A stretch of 64,000 nt of DNA from a candidate division WOR-3 bacterium (GTDB taxonomy: Bacteria; Hydrothermota; Tepidihabitantia; SM23-42; CAYGYG01). The stretch covers positions 1-64,000 of the forward strand of contig CBFGIV010000005.1 in NCBI GenBank assembly GCA_965648915.1. The letters are read 5' to 3'. A program made the translations under genes and the position numbers. Under the pieces are notes generated by a model. The model worked only from the letters and a program-made list of their open reading frames with translations, ran no database searches and was not told the origin of the DNA. Positions 13,371-22,806 of the stretch are shown piece by piece (the stretch's first letter is position 1; each line of letters begins with the position of its first letter).

Positions 13371-13561
13371 TCTTTTTCTTTTTTCTCTCTTTTCTTATAG
13401 ATTAGCACATTCCCGTAATATCCACAACTCGGGCAGACCCGATGGGGCAACTTTGGTGAATGGCATTTTGGGCATTCACTATAATTAAACGGGTCAATCT
13501 TCCAGTTGGCCCGGCGTTTACGGCTTCTTGAATGTGAATGTCTTCTCTTAGGAACTGGCAT
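13367..13561 (-). CDS. rpmF: 50S ribosomal protein L32
   Basis: MPVPKRRHS, CPKC...HRVCPSCGYY. Confidence 0.97.
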   Translation of the reverse strand: MPVPKRRHSHSRSRKRRANWKIDPFNYSECPKCHSPKLPHRVCPSCGYYGNVLIYKKREKKEKE

Positions 13562-13692
13562 AACATTATTATATCCATACCATAGTGAAAGTCAATTGAA
13601 AATTCCTGCTATAATATTGTTGTTGTCTGTAAATCAGCCATTGACAAAACAATAATAGTGGATATAATCGGTCAAAAATAAAGGAGTATCGT

Positions 13693-14604
13693 ATGCCACA
13701 GATTATGTCGCTGATGATATCTGTTATTTTCAGTTTAAATGTATCTTTTGTCGAAAAGATTGCCACCCCTAAGGAACCGATTCAATCCCAGAATGGAATC
13801 TATACGATTTCTGCTTCTTTTCGCCCCGGGGTCGAAGTTCTCGTCGATCACACCAGTTTCATAAAGAATGGAAAGATCGTCTGGACTAAAGCAGGCGATG
13901 GCGAGAGTTACTATTACATAGGTAATAACGGAACGGTAGTGGCGCTTGTTCCAGAGGGCGACAATCTCTTTTTAAGATTCTATGACCATAATGGTAATAA
14001 AAAGAGTGAGGTTTTTGTCGCTTATCCTCAGGGTGGTAGTTTCACACTTGATGGTGAAGGATTTTTCTTTAACTCCGCTTCAGGGTTATCTCTCTTTTCA
14101 AAAGATGGTAAGGTACTGGCCAATTTCGGTCAGTGCAGCCAGTATGCTTTCTCCCGGGACGGCAGGACCGTGGCGCGCTCATCAGGTTCAGAAATTACGG
14201 TCAGCAAAGGTGAAAAGACGATCTTTAACTCAACGCTCCCCTCGCCGAGCATCAGGGGGATGGCGATGTCCGAAGACGGAAAGTCCCTTGCTGTTATCGA
14301 ACACCATAATCTTTTCGTCTATGATTTAACTCAGGGGCGCGAGCTTTATCATCTTCCGGTTGAGAATCCGATTGTGGTATCAATCTCCCCGGATGGGGAA
14401 CTGATTGCCTGTGCGAAGGAAACAAGGTTGGCAACCAGCTTTATTTCCGTAAGTCTCTTTAATCGTACCGGTGAAAAAGTCTGGGAATGGTCAAACAGGT
14501 TTACGAAAGATTATGAGACGGTTTATCGAATTGATTTTACCAGAGATCGATTTCTTAACATCTATTCAACAGACGATGTCTTTCGTTTCCGGATCGGCGA
14601 ATAA
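13693..14604 (+). CDS. Exported WD40-like beta-propeller protein
   Basis: SD AAGGAG, signal peptide, repeated S.DG blades; promoter TTGACA-16-TATAAT at 13641-13668. Confidence 0.7.
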   Translation: MPQIMSLMISVIFSLNVSFVEKIATPKEPIQSQNGIYTISASFRPGVEVLVDHTSFIKNGKIVWTKAGDGESYYYIGNNGTVVALVPEGDNLFLRFYDHNGNKKSEVFVAYPQGGSFTLDGEGFFFNSASGLSLFSKDGKVLANFGQCSQYAFSRDGRTVARSSGSEITVSKGEKTIFNSTLPSPSIRGMAMSEDGKSLAVIEHHNLFVYDLTQGRELYHLPVENPIVVSISPDGELIACAKETRLATSFISVSLFNRTGEKVWEWSNRFTKDYETVYRIDFTRDRFLNIYSTDDVFRFRIGE

Positions 14605-14614
14605 GGAGGCAAAG

Positions 14615-15922
14615 ATGAGAATTATCTTTTTATCCGTCATCATTCCCGTATTTGTTCTGGCCCAGGGCTGGCCTTTAAGTCCTCAGAATCAGGTTCATCC
14701 TGTAGGCAACAACTGGGGTGAATATCAGGAGTACGGAAGCGGCCCTTATCTGCACAATGGAGTGGATGTAATGGGTGTTACCACCGGCCAGCCGGTCTAT
14801 GCAGTTGGTCGGGGAACGGTCAAGGCCTGGCTCACGATTCAGGCTGATTACCACTGGCGATTGGCGATTGGTGATAGCCACCGGATTCCGACTGATTCCT
14901 GTGATGGCTGGCTATATGCCCATATCGATCGGAATCGTTTCCATTTAAATGTTGGTGATACCTGTAGGCCCGGCGATCTCATTGGTTACCTGGTTGTCTG
15001 GCCAACGACCGGTTTTGACCACTGCCACTGGGCGAGGATCAGAAACGCTGGCTATCCCTGGCAGTCGAACTGGCTCTTTGTCCAGAACCCTTTATGGGTG
15101 GTAAGACCCAATATCGATTCATTTCCCCCGATTTTTGAAAATGCCCGGGGCAGTGAGCGCTTTGCCTTCTGTCGAAATAATACATCTACATATCTCGCAT
15201 CTAACAACCTGAATGGTGATGTTGACATCATCATAAAAGTTCTGGACAAGACCTGTAGACCCTGGCGGGATACGGTCTGGACAAGGCTCATTCCTTACAA
15301 GATAGAATATCGTATGCGCGGTCCGGTAAATATTCCGACCACCCGATTTATGGAATTCCGGGGCAAATTGCTCTGGGATGCAGCAGCGACCAATACGATT
15401 TATAAAGATGATGGAACCTGCAATACACGGGGGGATTACTCATATCGTGATTACTTCTTTATTATTACCAATACCGATGGTGATACCTTGATTGAACCGA
15501 CCGATACCGCAGGCAAATGGCAGACACAGAATTATCCTGATGGTAATTACTGGGTGGTTGTTACGGCCTACGATGCCTATGGCAATGCCAGAGCCGAGAG
15601 TATGCTTGTAACTTTAAGAAATGGGAATAAGGTTGAAGGTAATACGTTGGATGGTTTGACCGGACATTTTTCGATAACCCCGACGGTTGTTCCTTCTCAA
15701 AAAGCCGTTAAGATTAACCGGTCAAAAGAGATTGTTAAGCCATGCCGGCTCAACATTTTTGATGTAACGGGCAAGAAGGTTTTTGCTGCGTCAATCCCCA
15801 CACACAGCGCTGAACCAGTTTACATTATTCCGGCTCGAATTGGTCTTGCCCCGGGTGTATATTTTCTACGCGTTGTCCTGAAAGATTTAATCTATGAGAA
15901 GAAGTTGATCGTGGTTGAATAG
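14615..15922 (+). CDS. Secreted M23-like metallopeptidase with C-terminal sorting-type domain
   Basis: SD AAGGAGG then MRIIFL signal peptide; HNGVD (HxxxD), YAHI and HCH motifs; tail IFDVTGKKV...GVYFL...KLIVVE. Confidence 0.75.
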   Translation: MRIIFLSVIIPVFVLAQGWPLSPQNQVHPVGNNWGEYQEYGSGPYLHNGVDVMGVTTGQPVYAVGRGTVKAWLTIQADYHWRLAIGDSHRIPTDSCDGWLYAHIDRNRFHLNVGDTCRPGDLIGYLVVWPTTGFDHCHWARIRNAGYPWQSNWLFVQNPLWVVRPNIDSFPPIFENARGSERFAFCRNNTSTYLASNNLNGDVDIIIKVLDKTCRPWRDTVWTRLIPYKIEYRMRGPVNIPTTRFMEFRGKLLWDAAATNTIYKDDGTCNTRGDYSYRDYFFIITNTDGDTLIEPTDTAGKWQTQNYPDGNYWVVVTAYDAYGNARAESMLVTLRNGNKVEGNTLDGLTGHFSITPTVVPSQKAVKINRSKEIVKPCRLNIFDVTGKKVFAASIPTHSAEPVYIIPARIGLAPGVYFLRVVLKDLIYEKKLIVVE

Positions 15923-16004
15923 AACGATAAGGAGATGATGGGAATGGTTAAAGAAAATGAATAGGCAATATAAACTAAAAAATACAACATAACAAGGAGC
16001 GAAT

Positions 16005-18380
16005 ATGAAGAGCCTTTCTCTTATTTTCTTTATTATAATCCTAGCCTTTGCCTCACATTATGATATGGGGCCGGTTCAAAGATTTATCCCTGAACCCGGT
16101 AGAGATGCATCGATAATCTCCTTTTCGAACGGTATTACATTTGATACACGGTTCGGAGAGCCTGTATTACCTAAGGAGTATTGTATTCGGCCGAAGTCGC
16201 CGAATGAGCCAATCTATTATATTGTTCAGTTCTATGAGCCAATTCGACAGGAATGGTTACAGGGTATGAAGAATAGAGGTGTGCAGCCAGTGGGTTATCT
16301 ACCCAACTATGCAGTGATGGCGAAGATGGATGGGGCTACAAAGGTTATGATTGAGGCGATGCCAGTGGTTCGCTGGGTGGGTATCTTTCAGCCTGCTTAT
16401 AAGGTTCAAGGATTACTGTTTAATGAGCAGGGCGAGAAGGAACTGGTTGTCCAGGTCTTTCCTGATGAAGATGCAGATAAAGTAGCTGAGAGATTAAGAG
16501 CGCTTGGTGCCCGAGTTGATTATGTAATGGTGTCTGATTTTATGAAGACGATCAAGATAAAGGTTGATCTCTCCTCTCTGTCCGAGATTGCAGGAATTAA
16601 CGAGATACTCTGGATCCAGGAATGGACCGAACCATCGATCTGCAATGACAACTGCCAGTGGGTAGTGCAGACTGGATGGAGAGCCACTGCACCTCCGCCA
16701 ACTGACACTGCATCAAGAAGGACCTGGCGGCGTGGTGTAAGAGGGCAGGGTGTTGTCCTGTCGACCAGTGATACAGGCATCAATATCCCCCACAATATGT
16801 TCCGTGATCCTTCACTCTCAGTTACGCCCCCCGGGATCTGGCCTAATCACCGTAAAGTCGTTGCCTATAAAAAATACAGCACAGCCGACACGGTTGAGGG
16901 GCAATACCACGGAAGCCATGTCAATGGCACAGTTGCCGGAGATGATTCGGTTACCGGCGGGACGAGTTACTACGATGGAATGTCGATCAAGGGAAGACTC
17001 TATTTCGTTGACCTCACAAATGGCACCAGTTTTGTAGTCACAACTGACCTGACAACGATGTATGATACAATCTATATGGGTCGAGGTCTTCCTTATCGCA
17101 TAAAACAACATTCTGGTTCCTGGCGCTGGTATGGAACAGGTGCATATCTACTTCAGGAGTCTTCAAGCGATGCCTTCGTCTGGAGGTATAAGGACTTTCT
17201 CAACATCTTTGCCGCAGGTAATGAAGGTGGGCCATCAAGGATTGGTAATCCAAGCGCAGCCAAGAATATGGTGACGGTTGGTGCATTAGGTAACGGGACA
17301 AGTTCAAATGCGATTGCGAGTTTTTCGAGCCGTGGTCCTACCCAGGATAATAGAATAAAACCTAACATCTGTGCTCCAGGTGAAAACCTCTGGTCAGCTC
17401 AATCATCGGGCTCAAGTGGTTACTCGCAGATGTCGGGAACAAGTATGGCGACACCGGCTGTGAATGGAACAATTGGACTGATGCGCTGTTATCTTGAAAG
17501 GGGTTATTATCCAACTGGAGATAGTGTGGTTGGGAATCGTCTCAGTTATATAAGTGCGGCCCTCTTGAGGTCGATGGCTTATGCTTCGGCTGATCCGAAT
17601 ATCGGCTCTTTTGTGATTCCGAGTTTTGATGTGGGCTGGGGCCGGATTGATGCTGAGAGCGTTCTGTACTTCACCGGTGATTTAAGAAAACTGATTCTCA
17701 AGGATGATACGATTGGTGTGGCGACCGGACAATATAAAGAAGATTCTTTCAGGGTTAACTCTTCAATCCCATTACGTATTGCAATGGCCTGGTCTGATAC
17801 CGCTGCAGCCGCCAATGCCAATCCGTGCCTGGTTAATAATCTCCATCTTTTGGTGACGGCACCGAATGGAACTTATTATCGGGGCAATCAATATACCAGC
17901 GGCCAATCGACCCCGAATCCGACAACCTGGGATGATCGAAATGTTGAAGAGTGTGCCCGGATCAATAGCCCGGTAACCGGTGTATGGAAGATCAGAGTTA
18001 TTGGTCAACAGGTAATGACTGCCCGTCAACCTTTTGCCTGGACGATTACTGGCGATGTGCAACCAATTACCGCGATTGAAGAAGAAGTGCGTGCTGAAAT
18101 TCCCAAGGTATTCAAAGTGAGAGTTAGCTCGTCCATCTTCACTAAGGCAGCGAGAATCTATCTTTCCCTTCCGACCAGATCGGATCTTCTCCTGACAATC
18201 TATGATATAAATGGTCGAGAGGTAAAGAGCCTGGTTAATAATTCATTTGAACCGGGTAACTATAGTTTTGTCTGGAATGGTTTTGATAATCAAGGGAATA
18301 GTCTGCCCAGCGGGATTTACTTCTATCAGGTGTCGGCCGGTAAAGAGAATAGAGTAGGCAAGTTAATCCTGGTCAGGTGA
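16005..18380 (+). CDS. Secreted S8 (KP-43-like) subtilase with FlgD/T9SS-like C-terminal domain
   Basis: SDTG, HGSHVNG, FAAGNEG, SGTSMATP; tail IYDINGREV..WNGFD..SGIYFY..KLILVR. Confidence 0.92.
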   Translation: MKSLSLIFFIIILAFASHYDMGPVQRFIPEPGRDASIISFSNGITFDTRFGEPVLPKEYCIRPKSPNEPIYYIVQFYEPIRQEWLQGMKNRGVQPVGYLPNYAVMAKMDGATKVMIEAMPVVRWVGIFQPAYKVQGLLFNEQGEKELVVQVFPDEDADKVAERLRALGARVDYVMVSDFMKTIKIKVDLSSLSEIAGINEILWIQEWTEPSICNDNCQWVVQTGWRATAPPPTDTASRRTWRRGVRGQGVVLSTSDTGINIPHNMFRDPSLSVTPPGIWPNHRKVVAYKKYSTADTVEGQYHGSHVNGTVAGDDSVTGGTSYYDGMSIKGRLYFVDLTNGTSFVVTTDLTTMYDTIYMGRGLPYRIKQHSGSWRWYGTGAYLLQESSSDAFVWRYKDFLNIFAAGNEGGPSRIGNPSAAKNMVTVGALGNGTSSNAIASFSSRGPTQDNRIKPNICAPGENLWSAQSSGSSGYSQMSGTSMATPAVNGTIGLMRCYLERGYYPTGDSVVGNRLSYISAALLRSMAYASADPNIGSFVIPSFDVGWGRIDAESVLYFTGDLRKLILKDDTIGVATGQYKEDSFRVNSSIPLRIAMAWSDTAAAANANPCLVNNLHLLVTAPNGTYYRGNQYTSGQSTPNPTTWDDRNVEECARINSPVTGVWKIRVIGQQVMTARQPFAWTITGDVQPITAIEEEVRAEIPKVFKVRVSSSIFTKAARIYLSLPTRSDLLLTIYDINGREVKSLVNNSFEPGNYSFVWNGFDNQGNSLPSGIYFYQVSAGKENRVGKLILVR

Positions 18381-18393
18381 ATGAGAAGAATAT

Positions 18394-18428
18394 AAAAAAT
18401 ACCGGGGCCCAATATGGGCCCCGTTTTT
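18394..18428. terminator. Bidirectional intrinsic terminator
   Basis: CGGGGCCCA/TGGGCCCCG stem flanked by A- and T-runs between convergent genes. Confidence 0.85.
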
Positions 18429-18430
18429 AT

Positions 18431-19195
18431 TTAAGGTAAGAATAGTCTTAAAATTGGAGGATTTAAACCTTCGATGAATAATGACAGGACTGAACCGATA
18501 CTGAGAAATGGGCCAAATGGTATCGGTGTCTGACGCTCCTTTTTGGTTAAGATTAGATATAATCCACCGACGATTGCGCCAATTACTGCCGCAAGGAGGA
18601 TCGCAATGAAAGTATACTTGAAACCCAGATAGGCACCGATCATTGCACTAAGTTCGACATCACCAAAACCCATAACTTCTTTCTTGTAGATTAGACCACC
18701 AACGGTTCTAACCAGAAAGATGAGTCCACCACCCAGCACAAGACCAAAGAGAGCATTTATCAGATTATTATTGATGAAGTTAAATAGTATGCCCAGGCCG
18801 ATCCCCGGAAGGACAACGACATCCGGGATCAGCAGATATTTCAGATCAATAAATGAAAGAATGATAAGGGCAGATATAAAATACAGGTAAAGAAGAAAAT
18901 TTATCGAGGCCGAAAATTTTAACCAGAGGTGGAGAGTGAGGAGGCCGGTTAGTAGTTCAACAATTGGATATTGGACCGAAAAAGGCATTTTACAGCCCGA
19001 GCATCTCCCTCTTAGATAGATATAACTAAAAATTGGTATATTTTCCCAGAAGGGTATCGGTCTTCGACAGTTGGGACAGAAAGAGCGAGGTTTGATCAAT
19101 GAGAGTTTCAACGGCAGACGATAGATGACAACATTTAAGAAACTCCCTAAACAGGCACCGGCGAAGAAGACAAAGAAATTGATGGCCGATCTCAC
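18431..19195 (-). CDS. pilD: Prepilin peptidase (A24)
   Basis: GSFLNVVIYRLP, CPNC/CSGC, YPIVE, MGFGD, PFGPF. Confidence 0.95.
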   Translation of the reverse strand: MRSAINFFVFFAGACLGSFLNVVIYRLPLKLSLIKPRSFCPNCRRPIPFWENIPIFSYIYLRGRCSGCKMPFSVQYPIVELLTGLLTLHLWLKFSASINFLLYLYFISALIILSFIDLKYLLIPDVVVLPGIGLGILFNFINNNLINALFGLVLGGGLIFLVRTVGGLIYKKEVMGFGDVELSAMIGAYLGFKYTFIAILLAAVIGAIVGGLYLILTKKERQTPIPFGPFLSIGSVLSLFIEGLNPPILRLFLP

Positions 19196-19401
19196 TCCGT
19201 AAGAATATCTTAAAAAATCATTCCGTCAAGTAAAATAGAGGAATTTTTCATCATCTGTCTCGAAATTATATATCCTGAAATATAAGAATTTACAGAGCCT
19301 ATTGATGATTACAAGGTGGTTAAAAAATCGATTTGGGGGTAGGAAAGATTCAATTTTAATATAAGGGAAAGTGCTTATATCAAAATAAGTAGTTTTACCT
19401 A

Positions 19402-19429
19402 TTGACAGAATTTTATAAATGTGTAAAAT
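19402..19429 (+). promoter_or_regulatory. sigma70-type promoter with no ORF directly downstream
   Basis: TTGACA-16-TAAAAT; a second promoter TTGACA-17-TAAAAT at 19722-19750 serves the next CDS. Confidence 0.6.
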
Positions 19430-19764
19430 TAGTCATCAGGTCGGGAGAATAATCTGACATTTTTGACGGGTGCGGATAATAAAATATTATGTTTTTTGTG
19501 AACTGAGAGACTCTCTCTCGACAGCGAATACCGCGCTAATAGCCATTATCTAACTTTTTTCTATTTCTCTCTTTCCACTGCAATCTTCTATTTTCTATCC
19601 TCCATCTTTTATCTCTTTCGACCCTTCAACTCCCGGACTTCCATTTCGACCCGGAGGTGTAAGATGATTTAAGAAGCATAAATCATCGCTTTCTCATCGG
19701 TCTGCTTAACGCAGAAAATCCTTGACAGATAAAGGAGTATGTATTAAAATGCAAGAGGTATAAG

Positions 19765-22758
19765 ATGAAAAGTCAAATAATAGCTATAGTCTTTTTAGCG
19801 GTGGCGGCAATAATGGGGCAGGTTCTCTTCACACCTAACGGTTGGGAAGATGCAGTTGTGCTCTATAATGTTGAGCCGACAGTTTTAACGACGCCCCAGG
19901 TTGCAACCAGTCAAAATCTACCAAATATTGTTCATACTCTTTGTATTGATGATGCATTGGTATTATGGCATAGACGCTCAACCAATTTCGGTTTTCACTG
20001 GGAACAGCCAACTCAAATATCCATTCAAAACGAAGTTGTTGAAGATGGCTATCAGATTGTGGCTGATAGTCGAGGATACGTTTATGCTGTATGGTTTCAA
20101 GGCGCTGTTGGGCAATATACTCTGAGATTTTCTTATTCTACTAATAATGGTGAGCAGTGGTCGCTACCCCGAAATATTGACGGTGAAATTGGGATTCTTT
20201 CTTTTTATGATCCGCCTTTACTTGCATTGACGGTAGATGGTGCTGATACTGTCCGTATGGTATTTATATATAAATCTAATGAAATTGCGCCTGTTCTGGT
20301 CTGTTATTCACAATTCTTTTATAATAATTCGTCCTCGATCTGGACATCCTATGAGACGATTCATAACATCGGGGCGACCCCTGAGGATGCGCGTGGCCGT
20401 TCGATCTGCGCGATTGATAATATTCCTCATGTTGCCTTTGGATTCAAGCCCAATGATGATGATAATCTACCAGGGACGTTATATCATAGCGTAAGATGTG
20501 ATGTTAATATTTGGTTAACAAATATAATAGCGGACATAAACAATGCTTATGTTGTGCGACCCAGGCAGGTTATTTTGAGGAACGATGATATACACAACAA
20601 TCTTCATGTAGTTTTTGAGAGTTATCGTCGCATTGCTGGTGGAACCGCTTATATATATTATTCTCGTTCAACTGACTGTGGCAATAGTTGGCTAAAAAAT
20701 CCGATCTCTCTTTTTGGTTCAGCAAACTGGTTTAAGCCTACACTGGCGATTAACGGGACAGAAATCAAGGTAGTTACATTTTATCGTCCGAAACAACAGC
20801 TTCATTGTCAGATCTCTACGAACTCAGGATTGGATTGGCAGAGTCATTTTATTTTTACTGTTGATTGTGATTTTCCCTGGCTAACTTCAAATGCTTTTGG
20901 TTATTATTTGATGTTTAAGGAACTTGGAAATTCTAATGCCGACTTTACCGCTTATTATGATACACTCTTCACCAGCACCAATCTGGCAACCGCAGAAAAC
21001 ACTGGTCGGCACCTCTATCGGGTTCCGGAGAAGAATCTCTTCAATTTAGTTTATGAATCAAAAGGTAAGATTCGCTATACTCGTTCTGAAGGCAATTTTA
21101 CTGACTGGCAGCCTTTCCATAAGATTGATGTTGGTGGTTATCCTTCGGTTGGTTATGTCTATGTTCCTTTTGGTCCGATTCAGCCTGAATCTGCTGCCTG
21201 TGTTGCCTATCAAAGTGGTGACGAGATTCGATACCGGTGGTTATACGAGCCAACCGGTTCCTGGTTTGGGTTTTCAATTCTACCTTCAGGCACAGGTTTA
21301 ATTTCCGGCCCGCCTTCTTTAATTACTGTTGGCTATAATGTCTGTGTTGTCTATCCGGTCTATAACCCCGAGCATCTTCCCCAGTATCCATTTGCCAGTG
21401 CTATTTACTTTAATGAATTTCGGTATGATGCTTCAGAACCAGGGCCAACCACTGTCCTTGCCCAATCTAACTATTTTGATCTGCGTTTTCCCTCTATTAC
21501 CCTTGATGGTAACTATGACCTCCATGTGGTCTGGGAAGATAATGATGATGGTCAGATCTGGTATCGGATGAGAATGGGTGGATTCTGGCGACCACCAGAA
21601 TGTGTTGATGAACAGGGTCTGCCTGACCCTTCTTCCACTCCCTTTGTTGAAACTTATGGTGACCGGGTTTATTGTGACTGGACTGAATATCCCTCTGGCG
21701 AGGAAACTGAAATCTACGAAAATTTTACAGACATTGGTCTCGGCGATTGGCCAAATCGACCGGCAAATATCAGTAAGTCACCATCTCTACCTTCGTACTG
21801 TCCTGTGAGTTGTATCGGTGACTTCACAGTCTGGGCTGAACAAAATCCTCCCTGGGACTATGATATCAGATATTACAGCAAGACCTGGGGTTATGGCTGG
21901 GTAAACGAGTCGCCAGCACGCTCATTTTATCCCCATTCACAACTCTGGACCGATACTCCTACTGAATATTGGTATCTTTACACGGCATTTACTGAAGGCA
22001 ATCAAGTTCCCTATCAAGTTGCAACTATCGAGAGACAGTTTCCAAGTGGCAAGGGCGGTAATCGCCTTCCCATTTACTATAAGGTAATTACCGGTGAGAC
22101 ATCTCGTTCGCGATTCTGCACCAAGAGAGATACAATCATCAGATATAATGGTTACAATGTGGACTATGGGAAAGAAGAGCTTATCTATACCCTCGATTTC
22201 CTGGATCCTCGTTTCCCTGCATATCGAGCCTTCTTGGTCACCTATTTCGAAGGGGTTGGCAACAGAACTGAAAAGGTCCTGATTGATAGCATAGATTATG
22301 GCACCTTTGAGTTTCAGCCCAATCGGCCCGAAACGATCAGTATAACCATACCCCGAACATTATACTGGAAAGACCATAAAGTTATCGTGTCACTCAAAGG
22401 AAATCCAGTAACCAAGGCTGGTATTATTCTTTTCCAGTTAGAAAAGGCTGGTTCATTTGGTGGTGGTATTCAAACCCAATCTCTTGTTCCTGCATCTGAT
22501 TTGACCCGACTCGATATTTCCCCCAATCCAGCAAAGGGAATTGTAAACATCGCTTACAATACACCGAAGCCATTAAATATTTCCATTTGTCTTTTTGATA
22601 TTACTGGCAGGATGATTGAGAAGGTCTATACAGGCTTAACTAAAGCAGGCAACAACTTCTTTACTATTAAAACCAAAGGACTTGCCAATGGCATCTACTT
22701 CCTGAAATTAAAATCAGGCAAAGAGACAATAACCAAAAAAGTAATACTTATGAGGTAG
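19765..22758 (+). CDS. Large secreted BNR/Asp-box beta-propeller protein with C-terminal sorting-type domain
   Basis: Signal peptide; S.D/N.G..W repeats (STNFGFHW, STNNGEQW, STDCGNSW, STNSGLDW); tail SPNP...FDITGR...NGIYFL...KKVILMR. Confidence 0.85.
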   Translation: MKSQIIAIVFLAVAAIMGQVLFTPNGWEDAVVLYNVEPTVLTTPQVATSQNLPNIVHTLCIDDALVLWHRRSTNFGFHWEQPTQISIQNEVVEDGYQIVADSRGYVYAVWFQGAVGQYTLRFSYSTNNGEQWSLPRNIDGEIGILSFYDPPLLALTVDGADTVRMVFIYKSNEIAPVLVCYSQFFYNNSSSIWTSYETIHNIGATPEDARGRSICAIDNIPHVAFGFKPNDDDNLPGTLYHSVRCDVNIWLTNIIADINNAYVVRPRQVILRNDDIHNNLHVVFESYRRIAGGTAYIYYSRSTDCGNSWLKNPISLFGSANWFKPTLAINGTEIKVVTFYRPKQQLHCQISTNSGLDWQSHFIFTVDCDFPWLTSNAFGYYLMFKELGNSNADFTAYYDTLFTSTNLATAENTGRHLYRVPEKNLFNLVYESKGKIRYTRSEGNFTDWQPFHKIDVGGYPSVGYVYVPFGPIQPESAACVAYQSGDEIRYRWLYEPTGSWFGFSILPSGTGLISGPPSLITVGYNVCVVYPVYNPEHLPQYPFASAIYFNEFRYDASEPGPTTVLAQSNYFDLRFPSITLDGNYDLHVVWEDNDDGQIWYRMRMGGFWRPPECVDEQGLPDPSSTPFVETYGDRVYCDWTEYPSGEETEIYENFTDIGLGDWPNRPANISKSPSLPSYCPVSCIGDFTVWAEQNPPWDYDIRYYSKTWGYGWVNESPARSFYPHSQLWTDTPTEYWYLYTAFTEGNQVPYQVATIERQFPSGKGGNRLPIYYKVITGETSRSRFCTKRDTIIRYNGYNVDYGKEELIYTLDFLDPRFPAYRAFLVTYFEGVGNRTEKVLIDSIDYGTFEFQPNRPETISITIPRTLYWKDHKVIVSLKGNPVTKAGIILFQLEKAGSFGGGIQTQSLVPASDLTRLDISPNPAKGIVNIAYNTPKPLNISICLFDITGRMIEKVYTGLTKAGNNFFTIKTKGLANGIYFLKLKSGKETITKKVILMR

Positions 22759-22769
22759 CAAACTTTAAG

Positions 22770-22797
22770 GGCAGGGGAAGCAAACCCTTCCCCTGCC
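22770..22797 (+). other. Intergenic 11-bp perfect stem-loop with no U-tract
   Basis: GGCAGGGGAAG/CTTCCCCTGCC. Confidence 0.7.
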
Positions 22798-22806
22798 AGA
22801 GGTTTA

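Noticed and set aside
13569..13766. 65-aa minus-strand ORF upstream of rpmF
   Set aside because: Spans the divergent promoter region and overlaps the opposite gene; no homology cues
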